The notes below the pieces were generated by a model, which did no database searches, was not told where the DNA came from, and saw only the letters and a program-made list of their open reading frames with translations. Positions 32,360-34,670 of a stretch of DNA of 34,670 nucleotides are shown here, piece after piece; position 1 is the first letter of the stretch, and each line of letters begins with the position of its first letter. This stretch comes from Macrostomum lignano (lineage: Eukaryota). The stretch is from assembly GCA_002269645.1 (NCBI GenBank), contig NIVC01004807.1, positions 1-34,670 on the forward strand. The letters run 5' to 3'. A program made the position numbers and the translations under genes.

Positions 32360-32389
32360 AGTTGGGAATGGCTGCACAATGTCGGTATC

Positions 32390-33454
32390 TTACACTTTTC
32401 TTAAGTCCTTCTCATCCACCCAGTCAGTGGACTTGTAGCCGGCCCACTTGACGAGATATCGGATCTTACCCTTCCGCTTCTCAGTCTTCAGAACCTTCTC
32501 GATTACATACAGCCGCTGCGAGTCCGGAACAGCTTGCAGCTCATGCTCGTGGAAGAGGCCTCTATGTCTTCCCCCTTCATGTCTCGAATCCTGTACATGT
32601 AGGGATAATGCTTTGGTGCCCTAACACTATGGTGTACACCTCTTCGCTCCAGTTCGCCTTGTATCCCTTCCTGAAGAGTCTGGGTGCATTGGAAATCCGC
32701 ACTGATTGGTTTTCACAGAACTTCGGTTTTCTCAGTTTCTCAACTGTCTCAATCGCTTTCCCATCATAAAGGTTCATCCACACTTCAGTCTCGTTTGCTT
32801 TGCTGACATTCATTGGTGTAGTCTTGATGCTTCTGTGGAAAGTATTGTTATAGGACTTGACCAGTTTAGGCAGCACATCAAGCCATTGTAGAGTGCTGTT
32901 GTGAGTAAAGTAACGCCACATCTTGCTTTTTAAAGTTCGATTCCATCTTTCAATTATGGCTGCTTTGTGCTCACTGCTAGTTGGAAACGCCAGAATCCCC
33001 GGTCTATGCAGAACTGGCGAAAAATTGCGTTGACAAACTCCTTTCCCTGATCTGTGCGGACAGTGCGCGGCTGCCGCTTTGAGCTCTTCAGCATGCTCTC
33101 AAACGCAGATTTCACTTCTGCCGCGCTCTTAGACTTCAGTGCTCTGGCCATTGCAAATTTAGACAAAACATCAATGCAGGTGAGAATGTATTTATGCCCG
33201 CGATTATACTTTGCAAATGGAATCATTTCCACCAGATCCATCTCCCACTGATCATCAATGGCTCTCACTATTATTGGCGCCCTTGGAAATCGTACTCTAG
33301 CTGGCTTATGCAGAGTGTGTACTGGCTGCTGACTTAGCCACTGCTCAATGCTCTTGACTCCAATATGCTCGCCTCTTTTTCGCAGTTCAGGTTGCAGTTT
33401 TGAAGAACTGCAATAGCTCGCAGGCTGATTTGGGTTGAAATAAATTTTTTCCAT
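32390..33454 (-). CDS. INT: Retroviral-like DDE integrase with C-terminal chromodomain, about three apparent frameshifts
   Basis: YFNP..PASY, WL..QP..TLHKP, QWEMDL (D), IDVLSK, TDQGKEF (D), AAIIERWNRTLK (E), YN...H.SIK.TP, FRKGYKANWSEE, chromodomain YVIEKVL..YLVKWAGY..DWV. Confidence 0.96.
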
Positions 33455-33599
33455 TTTCGGAAACAAAGAAACATTTTTTTTTAGGTTTTCTTAAGACATT
33501 GAAAATGCATAGCGCATGTGAAAGCAAGCATATATTTTTTTTCAAACAAAGAGATGGAAAGCAGGTCTGGATAAATAGCTCGTAGCACAGAGTTTGTCT

Positions 33600-34386
33600 C
33601 AATGTCAGAGGGTCTGCAATCAGTCGAAGCACGGCCTGGGCAGCTTCATGGCATCCAATCTGCGCAGAGCGAAGCGGCGGCTGCTTGCGTTTCCTGGCGT
33701 TCTCAGCGGCGGCTGCTTGAGCTCGGAACTGGTACCAGACTGGGTCCTCTTGCAGATCAGTGTCCTGCCGAGGAATCGCTCCAGCTGCAGGCTTGGTCAG
33801 TTGCAGAGGCGTTGAAGTGGCAAACGCTGTGTCGATTTGCAGATTGGATGGCATGCCAGCCTCGCCAGCAGCAGCAGCAGCATCGTCCTCCGCCTTCACT
33901 ACCGGCTTGGTCTCTTCCGCGTTTTCGCCAGCATCGTCTTCATTTTCGATGCTGTCGGAGGAAGATCCCGACTCCAGCTCGTATGCATCGGAAATCTCAC
34001 GTGGAGCCGATAGCTGCTCGTCGATCCAATCGTCCGTACTGCCACAGCTTTCGCCACAGCGGCGGTGTCAGCGGCACGGTGTTCCGCTTAAGAAACTCGT
34101 CGCAGCAGTCCTCCGGCAATCGCTTTAACCAGATAATGCCGTTTTTCACTTCGATGAACTTATCGAAGCCGAGTTTGACAACCTTTGGCTGTTTGTCCAA
34201 GGCCGCCTTGACAAGCGATCGCTTCAACTCCTTGAGCTTCTCCCACTGACGGATGTTCAAATTGAAGCCGGGGACTCCAGGTTTCAACTCGCAGTGCTGC
34301 CATGTCGGTAAAATTTTCTGATAGCAATGAACATAACTCCTTCATACTCCTGTATTTGCGAGTTTATATCCTTCGCCGATGTCCAT
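33600..34386 (-). CDS. Protein with two tandem PC4/Sub1-like ssDNA-binding domains plus an acidic tract; about three apparent frameshifts; C-terminus uncertain
   Basis: Repaired: MDIGEGYKL.QIQEYEGVMFIAIRKFYRHGST.ELKPGVPGFNLNIRQWEKLKEL (cf. human PC4 core [53 protein letters not shown]). A second, weaker repeat follows: KLGFDKFIEVKNGIIWLKR...VPLTPPLWRKLWQY.DDWIDEQL. Then ESGSSSDSIENEDDAGENAEE. Confidence 0.75.
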
Positions 34387-34460
34387 GACTTAAAAATCTA
34401 ACAGAATAAACTATCTCGTCGAAAAAAAATCGTTTTTTCATGAATCAAAGAGATTTTTTG

Positions 34461-34470
34461 GTCCTTATAT
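34461..34470 (-). promoter_or_regulatory. TATA-type motif ATATAAGGAC upstream of the PC4-like gene
   Basis: ~75 nt upstream of ATG 34386, outside the TIR; identical to 19436-19445. Confidence 0.55.
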
Positions 34471-34534
34471 AGACTAAACCACTGCAGCAGACATACAGCA
34501 ATAGAAAAACATAGGCCTATGTCTCTCACTAAGG

Positions 34535-34670
34535 CCCCATGGAATTTCCATGGCTTTCCCTGCGGCAGAGTCCACCAATGCATTTACATAGGCGCTATGT
34601 TTACACCACTACATAGGCCCGTGGTTTTCCCACGGAAATTCCTGCGGCAGAGTCCACATTTCCCCTACTA
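34535..34670 (-). repeat. Right terminal inverted repeat of the Maverick (last ~2 nt outside window)
   Basis: Reverse complement of 18440-18571. Confidence 0.96.

Larger units (their letters stand above)
18438..34670. mobile_element. Maverick/Polinton, essentially complete (~16.2 kb), capsid-encoding
   Basis: Starts AGTAGTAGGGG; window ends CCCCTACTA (the reverse complement, lacking the final ~2 nt). ~135-bp TIRs. Contains pPolB, integrase, A32-like ATPase, adenain-like protease, major and minor capsid ORFs. Confidence 0.97.

Noticed and set aside
33387-33600. C-terminal extension of the PC4-like ORF overlapping the integrase start
   Set aside because: Runs through AT-rich, intergenic-looking sequence with Cys/Phe/Leu noise; probably read-through after another indel.
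22001-34386. Programmed ribosomal frameshifting as the explanation for the split Maverick ORFs
   Set aside because: Too many breaks, scattered inside conserved domains, all in the same direction and without consistent slippery sites; sequencing error or decay is more parsimonious.

Overview
This is eukaryotic, invertebrate-type genomic DNA. The style (GC-rich LINE, dense mini/microsatellites, long-exon prominin-like gene, many 1-nt deletions) is reminiscent of a long-read flatworm assembly such as Macrostomum, which is inference only. The left half (1-18437) holds a 5'-truncated, very GC-rich APE-RT-RNase H non-LTR retrotransposon ending in (AAC)5, a ~2 kb non-autonomous hAT-like element with an 8-bp TSD, several satellites, a 2-exon prominin-like gene (+) and a multi-exon ankyrin-repeat gene (-). 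The right half (18438-34670) is an essentially complete ~16.2 kb Maverick/Polinton with AGTAGT termini and ~135-bp TIRs; the window stops about 2 nt short of the right end. It carries the full core set: protein-primed PolB, DDE integrase with chromodomain, minor and major capsid proteins, adenain-like protease and packaging ATPase. The most striking result only appears when 1-nt frameshifts are repaired. The element encodes (i) a ~187-aa two-repeat TATA-binding-protein (TBP) homolog as the last gene of its structural block, (ii) a protein with two tandem PC4/Sub1-like domains plus an acidic tract as the first gene of that block, and (iii) a Cys/His, acidic, Q- and P-rich activator-like ORF at the left end. 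The two terminal genes share the same inward-facing TATA-type motif (ATATAAGGAC). Together these suggest a virus-like transposon carrying its own Pol II initiation/coactivator module. Family assignments come from recognising motifs by eye; no database search was run.
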